A stretch of 64,000 bases of DNA from contig JALAGF010000723.1 of the NCBI GenBank assembly GCA_030167865.1, positions 1 to 64,000 on the forward strand, in the 5' to 3' direction. Position 1 is the stretch's first letter. Each line of letters starts with the position of its first letter. The position numbers were made by a program, and so were the translations under genes. This document shows positions 48,204 through 60,209 of this stretch, one piece after another. This DNA comes from Craspedostauros australis (Eukaryota). Below the pieces are notes generated by a model. That model saw only the letters and a program-made list of their open reading frames with translations, made no database searches and was not told the DNA's origin.

Positions 48204-49663
48204 GATGTGACATGATGTGGCGTGATATGCCAATGCCATGTACATGTCGATGTGATGCGCGCACGTGACATGGTTCTCTTTCTTGTGGCGCACGCACAAC
48301 TGGCTCTTCTTGGGTTGTCGTGTTGGATCTATTACTCTGAACCATACATGCACTCCTCGCTTAATAGTGTGGAACGGCACGGCGCTGGTATGGTATTATA
48401 GGTCGTAGAATTTGAAATATTGGCAATGCATGCACTACGATCTATTATAGCACAATGGAGTATTCAATTGTAGTATACGCACATGCGCGTGACATCACAT
48501 ACTTGGACAATGTGCTCCCAGTTGGAGGATTGCCAAGCTGGCTTGTCAAAATGCCACGGTTGACCACCTCCCAAGTTGCACCTGCGCTGATTCTGTGTCA
48601 TACGAGCACCTCCTCGAATGTCAGCTTTTGTGGTGCGTGCGTGCGGCAAGTCACGCGACCCCAGCTCGTCTTTCTTCTTGCGGCTCTTTCTGATGAACTA
48701 TAATACTATACTATACATGCGAGTATGTGCCGACGAGCAGAGAAGATATGACAATGGCGCCAATGGTGACAATGATGACAATGGGGACAGTAGCAAACGC
48801 CGTTCAATGCTCAGCTGTGCCTGACAAACTATACTCGCAGATGCTCAAGATTCGGTCACAACAATGGCTACTCCTCCGCATACGCATAATAAAATATGAA
48901 TCTTGCTGTACATGAGCTGCGACGTACAGTTGAGATACTAAACCACAAAGTGTTGTGCCGCACCGTACACAACACTCGAGCCATGGTACAGCCATGCCAT
49001 TGCTTGTTGGTGTAGCACTATCCTCGTACTGCTGAGATCTGCAGTTGCTTTCTGGAAGAAGAATGGCAGAGTACTCCACTCGAAGGCAAGATGAACCACT
49101 ATAGAGCTGAGTACTCTGGTCTCCTTCTTTCTCTCCAGGGAGAGAGACCATTCAAGATTGTCTTGTCAGATCGCCATCCTGGGCAGAGGACGTACATGCA
49201 ATACAATGTCCTCCTCCCACTCCAACGATAGTCGCGATATCCTGATGCAACTACCGCTTCACCAGCAACATACGAGCTATGAGTATGAAGCCCATGAAGT
49301 ATAATAGAACAGAGCATGGGTATGGAAACAGTCGAGAAGAAGAGAACTGCATTTGACACATCGTAATGATTGCTTTGGAACATTTGCGTATTTAGTAAAG
49401 TCGAATGAAACTAAGTTAAGTAAAGCGTAGTGGAGTGGAGTGGATCATTATGCTCCATGCATGTCGAAAAGTGTGGGTTGAATGGCAGTACGTCATACTC
49501 GTATGATCAGCCCCCTACTTCCACTATGTATCAAATGTACAGATCTCAAGGTATAGAGAACGAATGACAACCTGCGTTGTTGGCAGATCAAGAGTGCAAG
49601 CCTCCGTTACACTTGGGCGGTAGGTGTCCCATCAACAGCCCCATTTGTTGTATCCCCCGTGTG

Positions 49664-49667
49664 TTGT

Positions 49668-49711
<44 letters not shown>

Positions 49712-49720
49712 CTGCTGTTG
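49664..49720. repeat. (CAA/CAG)19 trinucleotide tract on the minus strand
   Basis: Read directly; begins 15 nt downstream of the stop codon of paralogue B. Confidence 0.9.
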
Positions 49721-49735
49721 ATGGGCGGCCTCCTG

Positions 49736-50887
49736 TCATGCCTTCTCGGCGATAAATGTCATGGGCAATGGCTCCATGGAGGCGGACTCGTCGCTGCTGC
49801 AAAAGCCGATGAGATCATCAATCATCATGGAAAAGTTAGAGTCTTCCATCTTGCCACTCGCAGAATGCATGGTGGAAGCGGCTGAGTTGGTCTCCATAAG
49901 GTGTCGCGACATAGGCGGTGGGCCACCGATTGTGCGTGTCGTCCTTCGTTGCTTCTTGGGTGGTTGGTGCGAGTTCTGCGGTGTCGCGTGTTGCTGGTCG
50001 GGCGAGGAGTGCAGTGCTGTCGAGATTGTGTCATAGAAGCCCGGTGGAAGTGCATCATCATGTTGCTGTTGCTGTGATGAGATACTGAGGGGTTCGATGG
50101 GTTCCATGTTGAACATGAAGTCCGCACTGCCAATAGCGATTGGTTCAAAGTCGTCAGCGGTCATTGCCGACGAGGTAATCTTGTCGCTGCTGATACTGCT
50201 GATGTTGCTATTGCCACACTTGCCTGTCTTGAGTGCAGACACCTCGGACGAAGCGGCGAAGTGAGACTTGGTGGGCGACTTTTTTGACCGAGATTCCGGT
50301 TGGCGAGTGTTCTGGGCAGTCACGACCGGCTTCTTGTCATCGCGGGTTGTGGTCATCACGGCGAGATCCCTCAAGGCGTGGCCGACCTTCTCGCGGATCT
50401 TGCTGTCCTTGAGAGGGATGAGTTCGCCTCCCTTGGGTCTGAGGAAGCGTCCTCCGGCTCCTTGGATGCTGTCAACGATGGACTGGATGATGACTCCACG
50501 CTCTGGCTTGGTCTTCGTCTTGAGGTAGGCTGGGATGTTCATGGTGATCGTCAGCCGGAAGCGTCTGTTGCCAACATTGTTGAAGCAAGAGGTGCACCTC
50601 CCGCAAAGCACGTCGTACGGTCTCAGATCTTTCAGCTTGCCGAGGTCCAAGGGAGATCGGGATGCACGCTTCGGCTTGCTCAGCGCTGAGAGGACCGTCG
50701 ATGGAGTCGAGGACGCGACGGAGGCTTGTGATGATGAGATCGATGCCGATGTGCCGCAGCTGGTTGTGCTGATGGCGCTGCCATGCTTCGTGGCTGCTCC
50801 TGCGGACTGGCTGGTCGGTTCTGATCTTCGTGCTGCGCTAGTTGCGTCGCACGTTTGAGGGTCGATGGTCATGTTGTTTGGTTGCAT
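49736..50887 (-). CDS. DUF6824-type domain protein, paralogue B (about 383 aa from MQPNN)
   Basis: YDVLCGR..CFNNVGNRRFRLTITMN...AGGRFL...IREKVGHALRD. The domain is highly similar to paralogue A; the start position is inferred. Confidence 0.8.
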   Translation of the reverse strand: MQPNNMTIDPQTCDATSAARRSEPTSQSAGAATKHGSAISTTSCGTSASISSSQASVASSTPSTVLSALSKPKRASRSPLDLGKLKDLRPYDVLCGRCTSCFNNVGNRRFRLTITMNIPAYLKTKTKPERGVIIQSIVDSIQGAGGRFLRPKGGELIPLKDSKIREKVGHALRDLAVMTTTRDDKKPVVTAQNTRQPESRSKKSPTKSHFAASSEVSALKTGKCGNSNISSISSDKITSSAMTADDFEPIAIGSADFMFNMEPIEPLSISSQQQQHDDALPPGFYDTISTALHSSPDQQHATPQNSHQPPKKQRRTTRTIGGPPPMSRHLMETNSAASTMHSASGKMEDSNFSMMIDDLIGFCSSDESASMEPLPMTFIAEKA

Positions 50888-53706
50888 GGGTGGTTGATGT
50901 TCAAGGCGTGTGTGGATTGTGCCGATGCTGATGTCGAGGCTGAGGCTGAGCTGTGGCTGGGTGGTGTCGATGTTGTTGAGGATTCTGCTACTGAGGATGC
51001 TGATTCTATGAGTATTGCTGGCGTTTGCTGCTGTCGCTTCGTTTGACAATTCAATATCTAAGCTGCGAGGTTGGGCTGAATGGAGAGCGCGAGTAAGTGG
51101 AGTGTGGAGAGTGCGCGTTAGTCGAAGAGGGAGTATTCTGAGTCGAGTGCTCCGCTTCAGAGTGCGATGCTGTTCTGCTGTTCTGCTGTTATGCTGTTGT
51201 GCCTTTGAGACAGGCGCTGATTGGGGATGGAGTGGGGTGAAGCCGGTAGGAGACGGAACGAATGAGCGTTGCGAGCTGCGAAGTGCAATTGTTGGTTGCG
51301 GTGATTGTCGTTTTGCTTCTCCTTGTTTTGATTTTTGTGACAACAGAGTGAAGTCAATCCGAAACTTTAATTGAAAGCGCGTGCACTCCTCACGTATCCT
51401 CTACCCGTAGAGTGCGAGTAAACAATCACACAACGGTACACGCAACAAGGAGAACGCACCAAACAACACGACACACTCACGAGGAACCGGCGACAAAACA
51501 AAGAAAGGAACCAAACGACAAAACTGCAGAAACTGGAACACATGGGGCACATTGGTTCTGCACGCCATTGGTGCACGACAGGGACAGCCACTCAGGATCC
51601 AAAACAAGACATCTCCCTCTCCTCTCGGATCGTACCATACGAGCTATGGCACGGCATAGTAGTCTCTTCCAGGACTTGCTTTCCGGGGATCACGCAGCCC
51701 ATCCACACGGCTTCAGACGACTGACGAATCATCACAAACTATCTCGCAGATTCGCACTCGCAAGTACAATCCCTACCATTCGTACCATGCACTCGTTGAC
51801 TCATCGTCTTAATCCAAGGACAGCTGAACACATGCATCAATTGCCGATACCTCCCGACTTCCAGCATCATGGAGCCACAAATCTGTATGGTATATCGCCG
51901 AAGTCTAGCTTCTACAACACAAGACGTCCCCATACTGCGCACGCCATCCTCCATGTACCACACACTCACGAGTCAGGGGCAGGACCAACAACCTGACACA
52001 AACTGCGTGCAACTTTTTTGCGTTTTGGATCTTGGAGCTCAAGTCTTACTTCGTCCCAAACCAAATCGTTCTCCTCTCACGAGTCAAAGCCCGATCCAAG
52101 GGGGTATTTATACCCAGAATGGTGGGACACACTGTTCATAAACACTACGTTGGAGCGGCATTCACATTCGTGATCATAACGCTGTGGCGAAAACGGTAAT
52201 GGCATCTACGATTCGCTGCGAACGATGGTTTCCCTAAATACTTTCGGGTCATCTCGAGAACAACTGTGTGAACGTTGTCACGCATTCGACGCGGCCAAAA
52301 CGTCTGACACCGTTCTGCCGATTTCCTCCCTCGCCATCTTTGATGACGATAAATCGAGTCGTACATGCAATGACATTTGTCACAGCAATGAGAACAAAGT
52401 GGTCGTTGTCATCGTACTGGTTGTGTGAACGCGTGCCACACCCACGCTACAGTTGCTGGTGCCATTGGTATTGACGTGTGGGTATTGACAGGAATGTCGA
52501 CGTGCATGGATACAAGGCGACACAACTATGGATGGTCAATACTGGTGGGGTGCTCTTCTGGCCTCTTCGGTGACAGAAACAACAGCGGAGAGTTGATAGC
52601 CTTGTGCTAACAACTGCAGAGAGGGGAAGAAGCGATTCTATCGGAGAGAAGCCCAAACAACCCACAAGGGGCATGCGCGGAGGCATGTTTCCGTCGATGC
52701 GCTTTGGCTCTTCTCCAGCCTTCCTCAGTTTGTATCCCACACATCCTGTGACCGCTGCTGCACTCGTGTGCTGCTACAGCTTCTGTTTTTCTCTCGCCAT
52801 GACGATTTTCGACGTTGGTACTTGTACGTACTGGCATCGTAAGTCGTACCTCGCCGGCCAGTTTGTACGACCAAGGAACTATTGAGCCTGGTACTTCTGT
52901 GGACGCTGGTACTACTTTGGGAACATGGCTGTTCCCGTGTTTGTTCTTGCACGTTGTTGTGTGCTTCTTTCATGAATCAGACAACAAGAATTGGCACGCA
53001 TACGATATCACATCACAGGCACGAGGGCAACACGACTGAGCGACGCGCGGTCGGATGAACCACAACGATGACGACAACGATAACGATAACGATAATCACG
53101 AGCTATGAGCGACAGCACCACACGTGTCTCTGCTCGTGACATCGCTGGTTGTTCTCGCAAATTCCAAGTGCTCTGTGAGCATCAGCTCTGCTCTACTTGT
53201 ATTTGTGTGCGTGTGGTGCAGATACATACCGATAAATCCCATGCCGCGGCTTCATTTGGTGGAATGCGTTGCACCCGCCTGGCGAAGTCTTTGCCAGGCT
53301 TATCACTGTTGGTCATCACATGAAAGGCGCCTCGTGCCATTGAGTCGCTCGTGGAGGCCATGGGCTATGAACAATGATCGGCGTTGCGGACCCGCGTGAT
53401 GTTGGCCACTCACAAAACTATCACGGTTGTACCGACGCCGTCATCATGAGCGTTTAGTCTTGGCGCCATTACAGTACCAATATCAATGCTGATACTGACG
53501 CTGATGCTGAGTTGGCGCTCATGTTTGTGTTAGTGTTGGTCTTGATCTTGCGAGACCTTCGAGAAAAAAACAGCATGTTCTTTGTTGAATCAACTCAGCC
53601 CAGTCGTGCAGTAGGTACATACCACCGCATACCAAACCATACCAGCGAGCGTCCACCCGCACATAGGGCTCCTACTCCCATCTCTTGGAGTATAGCATAT
53701 GGCGAG

Positions 53707-53750
53707 GTGTTCATGCTGGCAATGTGTTCATGCTGGCAATGTGTTCATGC
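53707..53750. repeat. 17-bp tandem repeat GTGTTCATGCTGGCAAT x2.6
   Basis: Read directly. Confidence 0.85.
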
Positions 53751-54262
53751 GTGCAGCGGCCAATCGGGCGAAAGGGGCAGCATCACAACATCACTCGCAG
53801 CCAATCAGCCGCAGAGGGTTGGCGATGTCGGACGTCTTCGGAGCCCATCGTGTCACATCACACCACATCACGTCACGTCATGTCGTGTCATGTCTCTCCG
53901 CAGACTGAGACAGCGTACGAACTGCACTCAGCAATAGACTTCACCGTGGCAACGCTGTTTGTTTCCGAACGAGGGTTTTTGTTGCAGCGACCTCTGGTAT
54001 CACCTTCATGACCTGTTCTTTTGAGCCTCCGGCAATTCGACCTTTCCATGAGTTTCGAGGCAAAGACATCCCCGACTCAGCAATTGTTGTCTCGATTCAT
54101 TTCCACGCGTGTCCTCACAAAACGCGAGTCGACTGCCATCAACACTTCGCTCGTCACAATCGATTGACTCCTTGACTTGACTCACCCTACTATTATGAAG
54201 TTAATGCTTCTAAATTGCGTAGTTACAGTGTTGTAGTGCATCTGCCTTCGTTTTTGTAGATC

Positions 54263-56200
54263 TCAGGTACCTGCATTGGAGTGCGTCTGGGTCCAGTTTC
54301 CTTCTTTGCTCCTTTGCATTTGGGTTGCGAGTTCGTCATTTCTCGTTTGTCTTTCTGCATTGCTTCGCATCGGGTATCGTAGCGTTTGGCAAGTCGTTTC
54401 TTCCTCTTGTTCGCCTCCGAGGCTGTCCACCATGAACTTGATTTCGGTTAGATCCATGTTTCCCACTACATCAGAGTGAAAATGTTGCACGTTCGGTATT
54501 GGATATTTGAGCGCGCATTCAGTCTTTCCTCTCGGTGATGTCTTTGTTGTTCCTGTCTCTTCTTCATCATCTTTGTCAAGGATCATGGCTGACAAAACTT
54601 CCACCCCAGTTGGCTTGCCCTGTTTGTTGGATATCAGCATGTAACATTTCCGAACATTCATATCTTTGCCCCCACACTCACAAACAAATTGATCACCTCC
54701 CTTGTATATCACAAGTGCACAAGTCACTTTGGAATGGTGCATGTGCGCCTGGGCAACTTTGGTGAGTGGGGATTGTTTCCAGCAGAGCAATGCTGCATCC
54801 CATATCTTGTCTGGAGCCAGAACTTGACTCCCTTTCAATGCATCTTGCTGACCTGGGACATGCCAAGACATTGCTGGAAAGATGCATTCATCCTTCACAT
54901 TTGTGATGTGTGAGTTGGGTGGCTGTCTCCGAAGATGCCATCCTTGGTGCCCGAATTTGGTTCCAAGCAACTCTTGCATTTCTCCATCTTGATGTGGACC
55001 TGCTCCATCCATTTGATAGTGCACTACCACCTTTCTTGCGGTTGAGTCTGTAACTTGTAGAGCAATTCAATGAAAGGATATCCTTCTCCGCAAAGTGCTT
55101 CTGTGGACTGTGATTTGCCTTTTCCACACCATCTCCTTGCTTCCAGTGATCTCAAGATTGTGGAAGTACGTCTTACCATTCATGTGGAGAATGTTCTTGG
55201 AGATTGGCAGGTGGTGATATGTGCCACTATCTTGATAGACACAGTGGTAAGAGGCTTTTTGCACGAGCATGAAACAACCAAAACACTCAAACCTGACCAG
55301 ATATGCATCACTTCCTTCCACAATTCAATTGCCTTGGGCACAAATGCTGTGGAGGCAATAATCATCATCTTATCCAAGTGGCATTTGTGGTGCACCCCAT
55401 GCTGCATGGGTTCAATGCCCAAGGCAGGAAATAGTTTGAAGTTTCGCCGAACCACGATAAACCAAAACCACATCTCGTCCATGTGGACCAGAACAACTTG
55501 GATCTTGTGGAATTGCTTTGCAAACTCCCAGAACACCCAGAACTCTTTGGGCCAGTTTTACTGCTGTTGTGTAGACTGAGGGTTGAGGCTTGGTAGGGTT
55601 GTGGTGGTTTGATAGGTGTCATTTTCAAGATTTGCGACATGTTTCCGAACTGTGTTGGCAGAGATGATTTGGAGATTGCCGTTGCCTGTCACCATGTTGG
55701 CCAGTGCCAACCACGATGCCACACTGATGCTGGCATGTATGGCACACTTTATTTCACCCAACAGATGCAGTGAGCATTTCTTCCACTCATCTGCTTGTTC
55801 CTTGGCCGTGTTTCTTGCTTCTGGTGTTGCACAAACCCAGGTGTTGGCAAGGTTGGTCCTGGCCAGCTTCATCCCAATATTCTGTGCGGCATGCTGCTTG
55901 CAGAAAGCATGGTAGGGAGTAAACACCTGGTCTTGCATTGACTGGTTGGTGAGGACTGTATATTTACCTTGTTTCTTTCTTGGACTATTGTCTATGTGAA
56001 TGGTTTGAGCCAGCCATGTTGCAGCATGTGCGAAGCTGGCCCTTGCCTCTGTGCAGGCCTCGCGCTCAGGCAAGCAATTCCACATGCGGCGAGACATATT
56101 TCGGAGAAGTCTGTGGTGGTAACACACACAAGGCAAGTGCTGCATTTGACACGCATGACATAAACACTGAAACGGAAAAGGAGGCAACGATGCCAACAAG
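54263..56200 (-). mobile_element. Degenerate Tc1/mariner-superfamily DNA transposon (frameshifted DDD transposase pseudogene); ends not defined
   Basis: Broken minus-strand ORFs carry the three catalytic Asp contexts VLVHMDEMWF, YQMDGAGPH and QPPNSHITNVKD, resembling HIDEKWF / QQDNA..H / QPPNSPDxNVLD of DD39D-like mariners. Sharp CpG depletion. No TIRs found by eye. Confidence 0.75.
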
Positions 56201-56345
56201 CACGAACATGCATGTGGAAGCGTTGAACATTCATTTTAGGTTGTTGTGGATGGAACTGAAAAGCGGAGAGAAACAAGCTTCCCGTTGTGAAAATTTTGCG
56301 ACGGGAAGGCTACTCTAGACCATGTATAAGTCTAGACAATCTTGA

Positions 56346-57428
56346 TGACGTCATGGTACGATTACTATGACTTAATCAAGTCCCTCCAAGATTCAGAGTC
56401 GCTGCGAAGCATCGGGGAGGCTTTCCAATCCACGTCACATCCGCGCCAAGCGATAACTCTCTGTTGTGCCCAGGCGTGTTGAAGTTCGAATGTTGAACGA
56501 CGATGCGATGACTGGTCGTCCTTTCGTTCTGTTCCACCATCTGGCCTCGTTGGATTTGTGAGTTGTTCCTTGCCACGTCATGCGCCACGCAGCACATAGT
56601 GAACTGCCTTTTGGGGAGTTGAAAACACACGCACACACAGAGAGACCACGTCATCGCTGTTCGAATATGGTGCACGTCGTCGCCAAACTCGGTGACATCC
56701 ATCTGTGCACAACCTGAATGGAATGTAACCCCAGTAGACAACCAAAGATCGAATTCTTGCCAATCCAAACTTGTTCTCACAGACATCAACAGCAACGTCG
56801 GCGATAGTAGGAATCTCGCTGATCTGCGTGTCACTGCCCACTCACCTCGGCTGCGTTGGACGATGTTGAGCCACTCCATAGAAGATGTTGTGCGGAGACG
56901 ACATGCATCTATTCTTCCAGCTCCTTCCCCTCCATGTGTTCCTTTCCTTCTGTCTTTCCGTTCTTCTTTCTGCTTGGCATCGCCGCATGCGGGACTTCAT
57001 CCATGTTCCATGTCCGACCTGATCGCCGCCGCGCTTCCGGATTCGTGAAACCAAGATGCAAGTGCAGGTACTTTCGTATCTGCGATGCGGTCACTATCAC
57101 CATCACTGGCCCAACAACGTGCGTGGGTGGGATACTCATGTGCCCACCAACTATGACCATCAAGATGCGATGAGGTCACCATGTCCGGAAATCGGGTTGC
57201 GCAGTCACCATGAATGAGGAAAAGTGTGACGAACGGACGACTCTGCCCTCGTTCTCATTGCAGCACCGCACCGTCAGCGGACTAATGACGTCAATCGGAA
57301 TGTCGCACCGGAGAAGATGGAAGAAATAAACATATGTGTGACGTCAGTCTTGACACACTGCGAGATAAATAGTATATATTTGAAGGAGGTGACACGAGGA
57401 ACATTGAATTTGCACATTGCTTACGTCA
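56346..57428. promoter_or_regulatory. Cluster of seven TGACGT-core (CRE/bZIP-type) sites upstream of the FNT gene
   Basis: TGACGTCA at 56346, 57286 and 57339; CCACGTCA at 56430, 56573 and 56646; TTACGTCA at 57421. The sites are seen directly; their function is inferred. Confidence 0.5.
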
Positions 57429-57823
57429 TGGATTTGCGTCTTGTCACAAAACCAAACCTGTCCAGTGTTCGTCCACGCGGATGCGGGCGCGGGCGTGGAT
57501 GTCTCGGAAAAAACGAACTTTGGGGCCACGCAGTGTCGCCTGTTTCCTTCATCTTGTGCCTGGTGTCTTGTGCGTATGCCGGATGCGTGTGTTGTGGGTA
57601 CTGTTGGTACTGTCGGTGCGGATGCTGTCGGTTCAATCGGTATCGGTGTTGCTGTTGCCTCGTCCGTTTCCTCATCTGATCATAATTTGAACAATCGACA
57701 CATCCAACAAGCAAACCGAAACAACGCAACGCAAAGCAACCACAATCACACGGAAGCAAAACGACATCAGCAGCCAACAGCAACGCACTCACATTTCGTC
57801 ACCAATATACTGCCACCATCACC

Positions 57824-59014
57824 ATGCCATCCTCCACAATGACCAAAGCCGCGACAATGGCGGCAATCCTGCTCGCGGGAAGCATCGAGGCATTCTCGCC
57901 AAGCACAGGAGCCGCACGAATGGAGCTGAGACGCCAGCAGGTGGTCCTGTCCGCCATGGGCAAAGACCCAAAGAACGAACGCTCCAAGAAGCAGCGCTCC
58001 AAGAACGCGCCCCTGAACGCGTACGTCGACATGAACGACCCAATTGCCTTCGGAGAGGCCTCCAAGGGCGATGCCACCAAGACCGTGGGATCCCTCGAGT
58101 CTGCCTACCAGCTCCCTACCGTCGAACACCCGCCAGTTCGCGACGAGAGAGTTGCAAAAGTCAACGGCGGAGCCGTCGCGGTTGCCGCTGACCCTCCGAT
58201 GGAGTTCAACGCCAAGGACTTCAGCATGCTGCACACACCGGCCGAGGCCTTCCAGATCCTCGCCGAGAAGGGTGAGGCCAACGGCAACGCATCCACCCTC
58301 AAGACCGTCATCTCCGCCGTCTACGGAGGCATGTGCGTGGGCATGGGAGGCATGCTGTCCCTCGCCATCGCCGGCAACATGGGAGGCGTCGCCATCACCA
58401 ACCCAGGCCTCGCCAAGTTCGTCTTCGCGGCCCTCTTCCCCGTCAACCTCTTCGTCTGCCTGCTCACCGGTGGACAGCTCTTCACGGGCAATACCGCCAA
58501 CATGATGGCCGCCTACTTCGAGAAGAAGGTCACCATGAAGCAGGTCGTGCGCAACTGGCTCCTCTCCTTCTCCTCCAACTTCGTGGGCTGCGCCACTTTC
58601 GCCGGTCTGTGCAAGTACTGCGGCGTGCTGGCTGGCGGAGCTGCCACCATGGCCTCTGGTCTCGTTGGTGCCAAGACCTCGATGGCCTTCGGTCCCATCT
58701 TCGTCAAGGCCCTGCTGTGCAACTGGCTCGTCTGCCTCGCCGTCTATCTGTCCATGCAGTCCAAGGACATGGCAGGCAAGTACGTCGGCATCTTCCTTCC
58801 AATCTCCGCCTTCGTCTCCATCGGCTTCGAGCACTCCGTCGCCAACATGTTCCTCCTGCCAGCGGGTCTTCTTGGATCCGCCACCGGCATCAGCTTCAAG
58901 ACGGCGCTCATCAAGAACATGCTGCCAGTCACCCTGGGCAACGCCGTTGGAGGTGCAGTCATGGTCGCCGCCATGCTCTCCTTCATGTTCGGACGCCTTG
59001 GCGAGAACCACTAA
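57824..59014 (+). CDS. Formate/nitrite transporter (FNT, NAR1-like) with a predicted bipartite plastid-targeting presequence (396 aa)
   Basis: FNT motifs FPVNL, GGQLFTGN, NFVGC, KALLCNWLVCLA, GFEHSVANM, PVTLGNAVGG. N-terminus AILLAGSIEA|FSPS fits the diatom signal peptide + Phe pattern. Confidence 0.93.
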   Translation: MPSSTMTKAATMAAILLAGSIEAFSPSTGAARMELRRQQVVLSAMGKDPKNERSKKQRSKNAPLNAYVDMNDPIAFGEASKGDATKTVGSLESAYQLPTVEHPPVRDERVAKVNGGAVAVAADPPMEFNAKDFSMLHTPAEAFQILAEKGEANGNASTLKTVISAVYGGMCVGMGGMLSLAIAGNMGGVAITNPGLAKFVFAALFPVNLFVCLLTGGQLFTGNTANMMAAYFEKKVTMKQVVRNWLLSFSSNFVGCATFAGLCKYCGVLAGGAATMASGLVGAKTSMAFGPIFVKALLCNWLVCLAVYLSMQSKDMAGKYVGIFLPISAFVSIGFEHSVANMFLLPAGLLGSATGISFKTALIKNMLPVTLGNAVGGAVMVAAMLSFMFGRLGENH

Positions 59015-60209
59015 GCGCGCAACAACGCGTGCATCTGCAGAGGCTCTACATTCTCTGCATGAAACCTGCACATAGCTTCGAGTACTCTTGAGTAGAGTAC
59101 CACATTCTACCATGACCTACCACATCTACACAGACACAGACACAACATCCATCCATCCATCCATCCACCATACAACCACCCACACACAAACACCAAAACA
59201 CACACACACGTTGCCAGCATTCAATCTCCTCACGATGGACAACCATGAACATCGCAATGATTTCGCGAGGCGCAAGACACCTCATGATCTGCTCCGCATT
59301 TTTCTACAAGTGGCAACGACAGCATCGACACAGCAACATTGCAAAGACACAAACACAACACAACACTACATACACATTCACTCACTCACACAAGACAGGC
59401 GCAAGACCAACACACTGATACCATCGCACGGTACATGTGCACAGAGCACACTTCCTTTGGGCTGATTGGAAGGAGGCCATTTTCGTGAACGGCCTCCTGA
59501 CAACCTCTCCGCTCAAGGCTTGCAGGCCCCAATCGTGATCCTCACACTTACGCACACCACATTTCACGATAGAGTACCTCCTCGGAACACCATAGACAAC
59601 AAGTAAGATAGTGACATTATGATTACCCATGCCAACGTACTCTTAGCTCGCACTCCACTCAAGTGATCGCAGTCTAAATCTCATAAGAATGATGACCACA
59701 GTGTGCTTGCACAATCGAGATGATGCGGAGCCGACGAAGAATACCATTCAAGAGCCTATGTACGACTTGCGACTATGTCGACAGTGATGATGTCATCAAA
59801 GGCCACTCGGTTTTTTCAATTGATTCGGATTGTTTGGAGTTGTGTTTGTTTGCGCGTGTTTGTGGCATCAACTTCTCTTCTTGGTTGTGTCACGAATCGT
59901 CCATTCCCGCCGATTTCAATCTTGTTCATTGATGATTCGACAAAGTCGATCAGTTGACATCGTGTGCCGATTGGTCATCTTCAACCAGAACGGCCCACAT
60001 GTCACATCCATCAACACACGCACGAAGGAGACTTCATCGGGAGGAACAAATACCGAAAGACGAGGAGGCAGAAGAAGGCGTTGCCGCTGACGGATTCGAA
60101 TCCTCGCGCTCTGTCCACGAAGTGGAGTGAAGCACTCTCCATCGAATCTGCGTCGCAGAAACGCCGATCATCTTTCAGCATTTTCATACGCACAGAATGC
60201 GCAAAGAAC

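Noticed and set aside
49050..49230. Peptide HYRAEYSGLL resembling the retrotransposon RNase H motif SYRAELxG
   Set aside because: Isolated motif without the other catalytic residues or nearby reverse transcriptase sequence.
57767..59113. 448-aa antisense ORF over the FNT gene, and similar long antisense ORFs over other genes
   Set aside because: Expected from strong C-ending codon bias on the sense strand; no protein motifs.
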